Source: a virus (lineage: Duplodnaviria > Caudoviricetes). Taken from it: 26,552 bases of DNA. Location of the stretch: positions 1 to 26,552 of the IMG/VR virus record IMGVR_UViG_3300048598_000128. The stretch is one strand, 5' to 3'. This document shows, piece after piece, positions 1-7,945 of the stretch. The position numbers were made by a program, and so were the translations under genes. The notes under the pieces are model-generated. The model was given only the letters and a program-made list of their open reading frames with translations. It searched no databases and was not told where the DNA came from. How positions within the stretch are numbered: the stretch's first letter is position 1; each line of letters opens with the position of its first letter.

Positions 1-2
1 CG

Positions 3-197
3 GCCGCGTTCGATGAGGAGGGGCAGTCCTGGCTGGAGGTGCAACCCGAGCCGAGTTTCATGACGGAGATGGACGCGCGCAGCGTTCGCTCGGTGCGGGC
101 CGGATTCGCCGCGATGCGCAACTGCATCTCCGTGCTGGCGGCGGCCCTGGACCTGGCCGACTACATGACCGAGACGATTGGAGGGATAAGACGTTGA
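3..197 (+). CDS. C-terminal fragment of upstream PRTRC-cassette gene (possibly protein F-like), 5' truncated
   Basis: Frame 3 is open from the window edge (AAFDEEGQSWLEVQPEPSF...DLADYMTETIGGIRR*). TGA 195-197 overlaps the next ATG (TGATG). Identity is inferred from its position before protein B. Confidence 0.55.
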   Translation, partial: AAFDEEGQSWLEVQPEPSFMTEMDARSVRSVRAGFAAMRNCISVLAAALDLADYMTETIGGIRR

Positions 198-892
198 TGA
201 ACTCGACGGTTAGCCTGGGGGGTATCGACAAATTCACCCTGACGCGGGCGTTTCTGCTCTATGCAAGCAATGGTCGCTACATGGTGACGGCGCATGACAT
301 TGAGAAGCGCGGCGGGATTCCGCGGCTCGGCGCGGCTCGTCCAATCACGCGAGATTCCGTGCATGAGATGGTGCGGGCCATCGGCATGGATGTGACGCGG
401 CGCGTGCTCCCCGAGAACGTGCTCTGCTACACGGACGGCTTCCTCTGCTGGTGGACGCCGGCACAGAGTCGGCCGCTGTTCTTTCTGGCGGGCTCGCCGC
501 TCGCCGCGCTGAATGGGAAGGAGCTGCCGATTCCCCCGATGGTGTGGGTGGCCAGCGGGCGTGCGGATCTGCGGGTGCGCGTGCTCCCCGGCAGCGCTCG
601 GCCGACATCGGAGACCCGGCTCCTGATGGCCCCTTTCTGGAACGTCAGCCATGGCGGCGATGTCTGCACGGGGAGCGCACGCACGCCGAATCACACCTCA
701 CCGGATTCCATTGCGGACTGGGAGGCGATGTTCTTCGGCTCCGAGTTCTCGCATCAACTCGGCGCGACTCGCGTCAAGAAGGGCGGGTTGAACGATTTTT
801 GGATGAGCCTTTTGGGGTGCTCAGAATACCCGACATCCAAGCTGATCCAGGTTGAGACGCTGGGCGAATTCGTCGGAGAGGAGAGGCGGTAG
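197..892 (+). CDS. PRTRC system protein B (prokaryotic E2 family D)
   Basis: LPENVL...WWTPAQSRPLFF, APFWNV-x4-VCTGS (putative catalytic Cys), WEAMFFGSEFSH. ATG 197 follows GGAGGG. Coupled to the ThiF gene by a TAGTG overlap. Confidence 0.88.
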   Translation: MNSTVSLGGIDKFTLTRAFLLYASNGRYMVTAHDIEKRGGIPRLGAARPITRDSVHEMVRAIGMDVTRRVLPENVLCYTDGFLCWWTPAQSRPLFFLAGSPLAALNGKELPIPPMVWVASGRADLRVRVLPGSARPTSETRLLMAPFWNVSHGGDVCTGSARTPNHTSPDSIADWEAMFFGSEFSHQLGATRVKKGGLNDFWMSLLGCSEYPTSKLIQVETLGEFVGEERR

Positions 893-1614
893 TGGGTGAG
901 CACCTCATCGCGCCTGCGCTTCTGGAACGGAGTGTCGAGGTGCTGGTGGTGGGCTGCGGTGGGACGGGCTCGGCCATCGTGGCGGGCCTTCCGTTCCTCC
1001 ACCAGGCCATGCTGGCGGCGGGTCACCCCGGCGGGTTGAGCGTGACGCTCCAGGACGGCGACGTGGTGAGCGAAACGAACTGCGTTCGACAGGCGTTCTG
1101 CTGCTCGGAGGTCGGGCACTCGAAGGCCGACGTCCTGGCCAGCCGGGTCAACTTGTTCTACGGAATGGGGTGGAAGTCCATTCCGCGCAACCTGGGAGCA
1201 TCGTTTGACCGTTGTTACGACCTGGTGATCGGTTGCGTGGATACGCGCAAGGCGCGCGCTGCGATCGTTCGCGCGAACACCAAGACGGCTCCGGTCTACT
1301 GGCTCGATATCGGGAACTCTGCCGCCACTGGCCAATACCTGCTGGGCCAGCCGTCCAGCTCCCGGAACGCCGGAAGGCGCCTTCTCACGGCGGCCGATAT
1401 GTGGCCGGAGGTCGTAAATCCGAAGCTCGATAATGACGACGGGCCCAGTTGCTCGGCGGTGGAGGCGCTGGAGAGGCAGGAGCCGTTCATCAACCAACTC
1501 CTGGCCAGCCATGCGCTCGGTCTCCTCGGCCGCCTATTCCGGCACGGTAGAATTAGCTACAGGGGGGCGTTTGTGAACCTGGAAAACGGAAGATCGGTTC
1601 CAATCATGGTTTAG
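892..1614 (+). CDS. PRTRC system ThiF-family (E1-like) enzyme
   Basis: VVGCGGTGS nucleotide-binding loop, DGDVVSETNCVRQAF, IGCVD, YWLDIGN, PSCS..EAL..QEPFINQ. GTG start with GGAGAGGAG upstream. Confidence 0.92.
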   Translation: MGEHLIAPALLERSVEVLVVGCGGTGSAIVAGLPFLHQAMLAAGHPGGLSVTLQDGDVVSETNCVRQAFCCSEVGHSKADVLASRVNLFYGMGWKSIPRNLGASFDRCYDLVIGCVDTRKARAAIVRANTKTAPVYWLDIGNSAATGQYLLGQPSSSRNAGRRLLTAADMWPEVVNPKLDNDDGPSCSAVEALERQEPFINQLLASHALGLLGRLFRHGRISYRGAFVNLENGRSVPIMV

Positions 1615-1626
1615 ACTTGCGCCTGC

Positions 1627-1651
1627 TGATATTCTGTTGTGGATTAGGAGG
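1627..1651 (+). promoter_or_regulatory. Putative extended -10 promoter and RBS for 1657..2343
   Basis: TGaTATTCT at 1627-1635 and AGGAGG at 1646-1651. No good -35 element. Confidence 0.4.
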
Positions 1652-1656
1652 CGCGC

Positions 1657-2343
1657 GTGATAGAAGTTTGCCTCTCGTCCAATTATGCCGATTATTACGA
1701 TTCAGCTTTTCACCCGAGCGGAGTCGAATTTAATCGAAACAGAAAACGTCAGTTTCAACCAAGGTCTTCCGTGTTTCGGTTTTTGCAAAGTCTGGGCCTG
1801 CGAGTACCGATATTTGGCACATCGACCGAAGTCCTACGCTCGATAACCCAAGAATGGATGCTTTCCAGGGTGGACGTCGCGCCGGGTTCCGCGGAATCAG
1901 TTCTCCCGGATTTTTGCGACCTGATCTCCTATTCCCCATCGGCTCATATGCTTAGCGGCCCCATGGCCGCTGTTTCGGTGGAGGAAGATTGCTCAGAATT
2001 TCTGGCCTCGGAAGGGCCTGGATGCGTCGTTTGGCGCTATGTCCAGGTGGGGGGCCGAAGATTCTGGATGGAGATGCGCTCGCTTGATTCCTGGCATAGC
2101 CGGCGCGGAGATTGCACAGTGAAACTACTATCTGAAGATACGCCAGGGTTTTATCCAGGCGTTCCGCTCCCCATCTTTACGATCGACTTTATCCCTGGCC
2201 GGCACCTCTACGCCATCAACTTCGACGCATCCCCTGAACTCGCCGGGTCACCAGTTGAGGACGTGCTTTCTCCGGACGAGGTGGTCAGCGAAATTGGATC
2301 GGCGATCGAGTACTGGGCTCCTCCACCTCGTCGATCGGCGTAA
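1657..2343 (+). CDS. Hypothetical protein with possible degenerate ATP-grasp-like C-terminus
   Basis: 228 aa with strong RBS. FTIDFIPGRHLYAINFDASPELAG resembles the ATP-grasp xDx...ExNxxPG end but has a substituted motif. Confidence 0.6.
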   Translation: MIEVCLSSNYADYYDSAFHPSGVEFNRNRKRQFQPRSSVFRFLQSLGLRVPIFGTSTEVLRSITQEWMLSRVDVAPGSAESVLPDFCDLISYSPSAHMLSGPMAAVSVEEDCSEFLASEGPGCVVWRYVQVGGRRFWMEMRSLDSWHSRRGDCTVKLLSEDTPGFYPGVPLPIFTIDFIPGRHLYAINFDASPELAGSPVEDVLSPDEVVSEIGSAIEYWAPPPRRSA

Positions 2344-2878
2344 GCAGACGCACCAGTCCAGAAAATAGATCCTTCCGGCTCCCTGAGTTGTGTACTATAT
2401 AGTCTGCTTTTATGGTCTGCTGCTCGCTCGCATGCCCTGAGTTTTCATCATCTTCTGATCGGCCTTGAATCAGGATGATCTTCCCACCAAGAGATCTGAC
2501 GAGCAGGGCTTCGTTTTGGAATCGCAAATCGTCGAAGAAATAGGATGTGTTCGGCTTGATCGCGGGCAGAATTCGCTTGATCCAATAGGCCTGACTCTGA
2601 GCCCGGCGATAATCCGTACCCCACCACTGAAGCCCGATCCGCACGGCGCTACAGGTGGGCTTTGCATAAACGGCGGCCTCTCCGACTGCCATGAGCCGGC
2701 GTTCCAAATCCTCCGGCATCTCTTCCGGAAAGCATCCGGTTCGGATAGCCCCGGCCAGTTCCTCGCGGACTGCTGAGCCAAACGATAACCGGGTCCCGCC
2801 GAAGATCCTGCAAAGAAGGGACGCGGCGGTAGTCTTTCCGCAGCCCTTCTTGCCCGTAAACGCTATGCAGTATTCCAT
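2285..2878 (-). CDS. Phage deoxynucleoside monophosphate kinase (T4 gp1/T5 dNK-like)
   Basis: IAFTGKKGCGKTTAA P-loop, LQWWGTDYRR, DDLRFQNE, HASE, ADYIVHNSG. Confidence 0.88.
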   Translation of the reverse strand: MEYCIAFTGKKGCGKTTAASLLCRIFGGTRLSFGSAVREELAGAIRTGCFPEEMPEDLERRLMAVGEAAVYAKPTCSAVRIGLQWWGTDYRRAQSQAYWIKRILPAIKPNTSYFFDDLRFQNEALLVRSLGGKIILIQGRSEDDENSGHASEQQTIKADYIVHNSGSRKDLFSGLVRLLTPIDEVEEPSTRSPIQFR

Positions 2879-2889
2879 CTTCCGTTCCG

Positions 2890-3240
2890 TCAGGCGGGCA
2901 GGTCCACCAGAATCTTCCCCTCTTCGGTCGTAACAACTTGGTTTCCGGGCCAGGTGATCGTGATGCTATACGCCAGAACGCAATCCTGGCGCGGGAGTTT
3001 GATCGTGTCGGCCGGGTTGATCGTAATGGTGATCTCTCCGGCCGAAGCATTGGAGACCGTCACGCCGCTCGAAAGCGTCTTGACGAACTCCAGCGGCCCA
3101 GTCGCGCTTCCTCTGCGGGCAACGAAATCCACCGCGACAGCTTCGCCCAGCGGCTGTTTGGCCTGGAGGGTGGAATCTCCATAGACGATAGTCTTGAGCC
3201 TGAGGCTGTTCCCTCGAATTATCTTGATGGTATTACCCAT
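2890..3240 (-). CDS. Small beta-rich virion-associated protein (BppU N-terminal-like)
   Basis: IIRGNSLRL...NASAGEITITINPADT...YSITITW...EGKILV pattern, in the late operon. Confidence 0.55.
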   Translation of the reverse strand: MGNTIKIIRGNSLRLKTIVYGDSTLQAKQPLGEAVAVDFVARRGSATGPLEFVKTLSSGVTVSNASAGEITITINPADTIKLPRQDCVLAYSITITWPGNQVVTTEEGKILVDLPA

Positions 3241-3251
3241 ATCGAAAGTTC

Positions 3252-5642
3252 CTAAATTGCTGATGTGACTGATGTTGGAGCAGAAACGGTGTTCGTTCTG
3301 GATGCCGCGACAGGGGCCGCGACCGTGACCGAGAACAGCGTTGAGGGCACGTAGCCGCTCGAAATAATGGCCAGCACGATGGCGGCGTGGACGTCGGGCG
3401 AGGTGGCCGCGATGGTCAGCGGCAGCCGCATAGCCGCCGCGATGGACGCCGCCGCGCGCTCGACAGTCGCCGCGACCGCAACCGGCAGGCGCAACTCAGC
3501 CACGATAGCCGCGATGGCTGGATAGGCGGTGGCTGCCACGGTCAGGGGCAGCGTCATGGTGAGCACGCCCGCGCCAGTGGGTGGCGCAACGGTACCCGCC
3601 AGCACCAGTTGGAGTGTGCCGGCCTCGGACACCAGGAACATGCCGGCGGACGTCGGTGCGGCCAGGGCGGCGGCGAGTGCCACATCGAGGCGCAGCTGGA
3701 GAAGGGCGGCGGCCGAGAGCCCGCCGCACGTTGCCGCGGCTGCCATCTCCACGCGCAGAGCGAGCGCCGCCGCGCTGGTGGGGGCGGGCATCGTTGCGGC
3801 CAGGGCGGCGGCCAGGCGCAGGGAAAGCGCGCCCGCGCCGATAGGAGCCGCCACCGTGCCCGACGCGGCGCAGCTCAACGTGAGGCCGAGCGCGCCAGCA
3901 CCAGCCGGAGCAGCGAGCGCGCTGGAGAGGCCAGAATCAATCCGGAGGCCCAGCGCACCCGCGCCGGCAGGCGCTGGCAGCGCGCCGGCAAGCGCGGAAT
4001 CCAGCCGCAGCCCTAGGGCGCCAGCCCCAGTCGGCGCTGAGAGCGTCCCGGCGACGGCCGTGTCGAGTTGCAGCGCCAGCGCGCCGGCCCCAGTAGGGGC
4101 GTCCATCGTGGCGGCCAGGGTGAGCACCAGGGCGGAAACAGGATCGCTCCAGGTCCAACCGCTGTTGGTGCTGCTGGTGGCATTGGTGGAGTGCGATCCC
4201 GCGTACCACGTCGCGCCGGCCGCCACGAGGTCGGAAATCGAAACGTAGTCGAGAGCCTGTTGAGAGGCGCTGGTGAGCGTGGCGACCGTGCCGGACGTTG
4301 CGGAACTGAGCTTCGCCAGACTGCCCGCCGCGCCGTTGGTGGTGATCGCGGTGATGGTTTGCGTGGATCCAGCCGCAAATTTTAGCCCGTTAGTTAGGCC
4401 CGCTACGTTCGCCGCCAGCGACGCGAACGAATTATTCCCGTAAATGGTGACATTATCTGTCGCAATCTGGACAGTACCATATGCTAATCCGTCGCCGGAA
4501 AACGCACGGGCCGTACTGCCGCTACCATTAACAACAATGGTGGCGGATAATCCGGAGAACGTGAGGCCCACGTGGTTCAAATCCCATATAGTCTGTGATG
4601 CGGGATACATCACGTACCAAGTGCCGGAACCCATAGTGATCGAGCGCGTTGCTGTTTCTCTTGACCGAAATAGCCCACACGTTACCGTGAATCCAGACGC
4701 GTCGAACGTACCATTTAGCATGACGATCCAACTACCGGCACTGCACGACAGAGCATCACCAAGCTGGAGCGTGGCCCCCACGACAGCAACGGTATGGAGC
4801 GTCGAAAAGGCCTTCCCGGCTGATGTGAGCGTAGCAACGCCAGAGCGCCGTTGACTCTCGAACGTCACCGCATTGGTGGTGCCGGAAATCGTCAGTCCCG
4901 AAATCAACGTCAGCGATCCGTACAATGTCCAGGCCGCTGTGAATGTCCAGGTTGGGGCGTTGGCGATACCGCTCCAGGTGATGTCCCGTCCTAGCCTGGG
5001 AAATGCGTGCTGGTTGACCGTAATTCCCGTAACCGGGAAGCTGGATGCGGTGAAATAGGCATCATCCTGGGGCAATGGAATTCGGCCAGCGCCGCCGGTG
5101 CCGCCAGGCCCGAGAAACCAATAAGAGGCCGTGTCCCAGTATTTTGTACCAGTCGTAGAGGTGTAGAAATACTGCGGCACGGACGGCGTGAACGTGATGT
5201 TGCTGTTGCCGCCGCAGTCGCCCGAACCGCCAGTGGCGGAAGAGAGATCCCAGGCGCTCGAAGCTGTGATGTCCCGAAAATCACAGTACGACGCGGACAC
5301 CGATCCTGCTGTGATGGTGCGTGGCGTGCCCAGTGTGCTACTGGTGATGAGCACGCGGCAGGAGGCGCTAGGGCCCGAGATCGAGAGTGCGCCGGCAACC
5401 GTTAGGCTAGCCCCTAGCGACAACGTGAAAACCACGCCGGAGGCAGGCGCAATGCTCAACTCAGCACAACTCGCCGCCGCCGAGATCGTGCATGTCCCGG
5501 TCCCGGAATTCGCATCAAAAAACACCGCGTCTGAGGTGGTCGGCACGGACGCGCCGGTTGTACCGCCGCTGGTCGCGGACCAGTATGAAGTGCTGGCCCA
5601 GCTGCCGCCCGAAGTGCCGCCAACCCAGTAGCGCGATGCCAT
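3252..5642 (-). CDS. 796-aa fibre/adhesin-like protein with duplicated beta-helix-like module and C-terminal 21-aa repeats
   Basis: RYWVGG..W....W...GG..GASVP...D..FF cap motif occurs twice. A/S/T/G-rich, with about 11 APxGAGALxLxL repeats. Confidence 0.7.
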   Translation of the reverse strand: MASRYWVGGTSGGSWASTSYWSATSGGTTGASVPTTSDAVFFDANSGTGTCTISAAASCAELSIAPASGVVFTLSLGASLTVAGALSISGPSASCRVLITSSTLGTPRTITAGSVSASYCDFRDITASSAWDLSSATGGSGDCGGNSNITFTPSVPQYFYTSTTGTKYWDTASYWFLGPGGTGGAGRIPLPQDDAYFTASSFPVTGITVNQHAFPRLGRDITWSGIANAPTWTFTAAWTLYGSLTLISGLTISGTTNAVTFESQRRSGVATLTSAGKAFSTLHTVAVVGATLQLGDALSCSAGSWIVMLNGTFDASGFTVTCGLFRSRETATRSITMGSGTWYVMYPASQTIWDLNHVGLTFSGLSATIVVNGSGSTARAFSGDGLAYGTVQIATDNVTIYGNNSFASLAANVAGLTNGLKFAAGSTQTITAITTNGAAGSLAKLSSATSGTVATLTSASQQALDYVSISDLVAAGATWYAGSHSTNATSSTNSGWTWSDPVSALVLTLAATMDAPTGAGALALQLDTAVAGTLSAPTGAGALGLRLDSALAGALPAPAGAGALGLRIDSGLSSALAAPAGAGALGLTLSCAASGTVAAPIGAGALSLRLAAALAATMPAPTSAAALALRVEMAAAATCGGLSAAALLQLRLDVALAAALAAPTSAGMFLVSEAGTLQLVLAGTVAPPTGAGVLTMTLPLTVAATAYPAIAAIVAELRLPVAVAATVERAAASIAAAMRLPLTIAATSPDVHAAIVLAIISSGYVPSTLFSVTVAAPVAASRTNTVSAPTSVTSAI
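3370..4100 (-). repeat. Degenerate 63-nt (21-aa) tandem coding repeat, about 11 copies
   Basis: APTGAGALALQLDTAVAGTLS / APTGAGALGLRLDSALAGALP / APAGAGALGLRIDSGLSSALA / APAGAGALGLTLSCAASGTVA and so on. One unit is 25 aa. The lower boundary is approximate. Confidence 0.85.
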
Positions 5643-5645
5643 TTG

Positions 5646-5855
5646 TTAGACCTCGATTCCGTTGCGCCGAAATGCTTCGATTACGGCCGCCAGCGTGGGA
5701 TTATGCTCGATCAATTCCGCTCGCTTGTCCGGCGTTGCGATGGCGTATACCGGCAAAATGGTATCCAGATAGCCCACCAGCAGCGGCATCACGGACGCGG
5801 CCAGCTCCTGGTGAGCCTCGGTCAGGGTGTTGTCCACGGGAATCAGGTCAGACAT
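5646..5855 (-). CDS. Small hypothetical phage protein (69 aa)
   Basis: Packed between neighbours: overlaps the upstream stop and ends 3 nt before the 796-aa gene. Confidence 0.6.
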   Translation of the reverse strand: MSDLIPVDNTLTEAHQELAASVMPLLVGYLDTILPVYAIATPDKRAELIEHNPTLAAVIEAFRRNGIEV

Positions 5856-6093
5856 TGATCACCGTCCCATCTTCTGCGGTCACCTGGAAGACTGGATCTG
5901 GGGAGACGGGCACAGCGTTCCGCGCCGCCTCCATCTGGGCCTCCCACGATGCCACGCGTGCCGCTTTCAGCGCTTCGATATCGGCTGCCGACAGGGCGCT
6001 GTACTCCTCCGGAGAGAAACACAGCGCATCCGAGTAGGGGCCGTAGGCCGTGACCGCGTCGAAGCACACGCGGACCTGCACGAGGTTGGCCAT
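5848..6093 (-). CDS. Small hypothetical protein, possible fibre assembly chaperone (81 aa)
   Basis: Likely ATG 6093 (MANLVQV), 2 nt after the upstream stop. Contains YSDAL...LSAADIEALKAARVASW. Confidence 0.6.
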   Translation of the reverse strand: MANLVQVRVCFDAVTAYGPYSDALCFSPEEYSALSAADIEALKAARVASWEAQMEAARNAVPVSPDPVFQVTAEDGTVINV

Positions 6094-6095
6094 GA

Positions 6096-6494
6096 TTAGG
6101 CGCCCGCAGCAGTGAGCGTGAACGAGCTGCACGAGATGATCACGTTAGCCACCACGCTGGTGGTTGCGATCGTCACGTCGGCTCCGGATGTGCCGACTGT
6201 GCCCTGCAGAACGACCGTCCCGCCGCTGGTGCAGAGGCGGAAATACGTCGCCGTGCCGGTGGCGTCGGCCGCCGAATCGTTGGTGATGGTATTTGCCGTC
6301 AGCACGCCGCCGGAGGCCGCCGGGGCGAGCGTGGAGCCGCACGTGAGGGTGCCCAACAGTGTGCCGGTGTCGGCCGCCGCGCAGCTTGCCGGCTCGGTGC
6401 CTGCATAGAGTTTCAGGAGCGCGCCTGAGCCGGCCGCCGCCGTGACGGCGTCAAGCATTGCGTTGCGCAGGGTTGTCGAATACTGCAAAGCCAT
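6096..6494 (-). CDS. Phage structural-type protein (132 aa)
   Basis: LRNAMLD...LKLYAG.EPA...A..TGTATYFRL...LQGTVG is a motif set I recognise from phage tail regions. RBS GAAGGA. Confidence 0.7.
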   Translation of the reverse strand: MALQYSTTLRNAMLDAVTAAAGSGALLKLYAGTEPASCAAADTGTLLGTLTCGSTLAPAASGGVLTANTITNDSAADATGTATYFRLCTSGGTVVLQGTVGTSGADVTIATTSVVANVIISCSSFTLTAAGA

Positions 6495-6506
6495 GAGATG
6501 TCCTTC

Positions 6507-7043
6507 CTATTTCGAGATTTCCGCGTAAACGCGGTGAATATTGTTCACGTAGCGGATTGTCGTGTCCGCCCAGCGGCCCGTGACTTCGGCCAGGTGGGCG
6601 GAGATGGCCGCCCACGTGATTGCACCCCCGGCGCGCGCACGGGCCCGGCTGATGTTTCCGGGTCCCGCGTTGTAGCTGGCGAATGCGATTTTCCGGCGCT
6701 CGGCCGTGTCGGGAATGCTCGCCCAATACCGCCAGTTGGCGGCGTCGAGCTTGATGCCGCCGGCGATGTTGGCCTCGGGGTCGAAAACGCTCGACACGCC
6801 CATCTCGCGCGCCGTCACGGGGATCAGCTGCATGATGCCGCTGTCGCCGGCTGGGCCGTGCGCGAGCGGGTTCAACCCCGACTCGCAGATCCCCTGCGCC
6901 TTCCACCAGCGCCAGTCCGACCAGGGCGCATAGTACTCGCCCCAGTGTTTGAAATGCCGGTCGTAGGTGGCCGGCCAGGCGCTAGCTGAGAGCGATGGCC
7001 AGAGCCCAAGAGCCAAGCAGAATAGCAACAGCCTTCGGGTCAT
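6507..7043 (-). CDS. Endolysin: SLT-family lytic transglycosylase with N-terminal signal peptide
   Basis: ES catalytic motif (ICESGLNP), GIMQL, FDPEANI.GG, ASYNAGPGN, T..YV. Signal peptide MTRRLLLFCLALGLWPSLSASA. Confidence 0.9.
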   Translation of the reverse strand: MTRRLLLFCLALGLWPSLSASAWPATYDRHFKHWGEYYAPWSDWRWWKAQGICESGLNPLAHGPAGDSGIMQLIPVTAREMGVSSVFDPEANIAGGIKLDAANWRYWASIPDTAERRKIAFASYNAGPGNISRARARAGGAITWAAISAHLAEVTGRWADTTIRYVNNIHRVYAEISK

Positions 7044-7167
7044 CCTTCAGCACCTCCGCAGTGTGAAACGAGCGTAGCGGCCCCCGATCCAAAAGGACGA
7101 AGCCCGCGAAGAGGATGGCGCAAACCGAGAGTTTGCGCGCGATGAAAAGCAGGAATTCCGGCGACAT
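6982..7167 (-). CDS. Putative holin / two-TM membrane protein (61 aa)
   Basis: MSPEFLLFIARKLSVCAILFAGFVLLD...KAVAILLGSWALAIALS. GGAG at 7173-7176, alternative in-frame ATG at 7179. Lies directly upstream of the endolysin. Confidence 0.6.
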   Translation of the reverse strand: MSPEFLLFIARKLSVCAILFAGFVLLDRGPLRSFHTAEVLKDDPKAVAILLGSWALAIALS

Positions 7168-7168
7168 T

Positions 7169-7945
7169 TCAAGCTCCATGTTCCATTTGGGTGATGGTCC
7201 AGCCATCCGAGGCGTGGCACGCGGCCAGCGCATCGTACGGCATGTAGAAGTGGCCCCGGCGGCCCCAGTCGGGCCCCCAGGAATTGCGGATGATGAGGTG
7301 GCCACCGGCCGGGATATCGTCCACGTCGGTGCGCAACGCGCCATCCGCGTAGCCGACGGCCGTGATGCAGTGCCCGCCCTGGCACTCGCCCGCCGGCATC
7401 GGCATCACGCCATCAGCGCCGATGCCCTCGAAATTCGCGTAGACATCGAAGCCGAACGTGACCGGGAAGCCGGCGGCCAGGGCCGCGCGCAGCCCGTCGC
7501 GCGTGGCCGGCACGGCTTGGTAGCGCAGCGCCTGCCAGCGCAGCGCGGCGAGGTACACCAGCACGCCGGGCCGCTTGGCGAAGCGGTCCGTGATGTACGG
7601 CCAGCGATCTTCCGGCGCTGCGCCGTATTTCGCCAGCGCCTTGATGGCGTCGCGGATGTTGGCGCCGGAGTCCTCGGCGGTGGAGAATCCTCCAATCCGG
7701 CGCGCGTCGAAATAGGTCTGGAGGCGGGAGAGCGGCGTCCAGCCGAAGCCCGCGGCGATGCGGCAGGCGGCGGCGACGGCGTGCGAGCCGTGCGCCGTGC
7801 ACGAGCCGATCTGACCCTGATCCCACACGGGCGGCATGTGCGCCCGCAGGTCGGCCGCCGGCGCCACCACGGCCGCGCGGGGCACGGCGTAGTGGTGGTC
7901 GCGCGGATCGTCAGGCTGGCGGCGCCAGCCCAGCCGCGCGATCAC
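7169..7945 (-). CDS. Papain-family (C1A) cysteine peptidase
   Basis: GWRRQPDDPRD, DQGQIGSCTA (Gln, Cys), GGHC..AVGY (His), IRNSWG..WG..G.FYMPY (Asn): complete catalytic set. Confidence 0.93.
   Translation of the reverse strand: MIARLGWRRQPDDPRDHHYAVPRAAVVAPAADLRAHMPPVWDQGQIGSCTAHGSHAVAAACRIAAGFGWTPLSRLQTYFDARRIGGFSTAEDSGANIRDAIKALAKYGAAPEDRWPYITDRFAKRPGVLVYLAALRWQALRYQAVPATRDGLRAALAAGFPVTFGFDVYANFEGIGADGVMPMPAGECQGGHCITAVGYADGALRTDVDDIPAGGHLIIRNSWGPDWGRRGHFYMPYDALAACHASDGWTITQMEHGA

Noticed and set aside
3370-4100. CRISPR-like periodicity
   Set aside because: Repeats are degenerate, in frame and protein-coding, with no spacers or cas genes.
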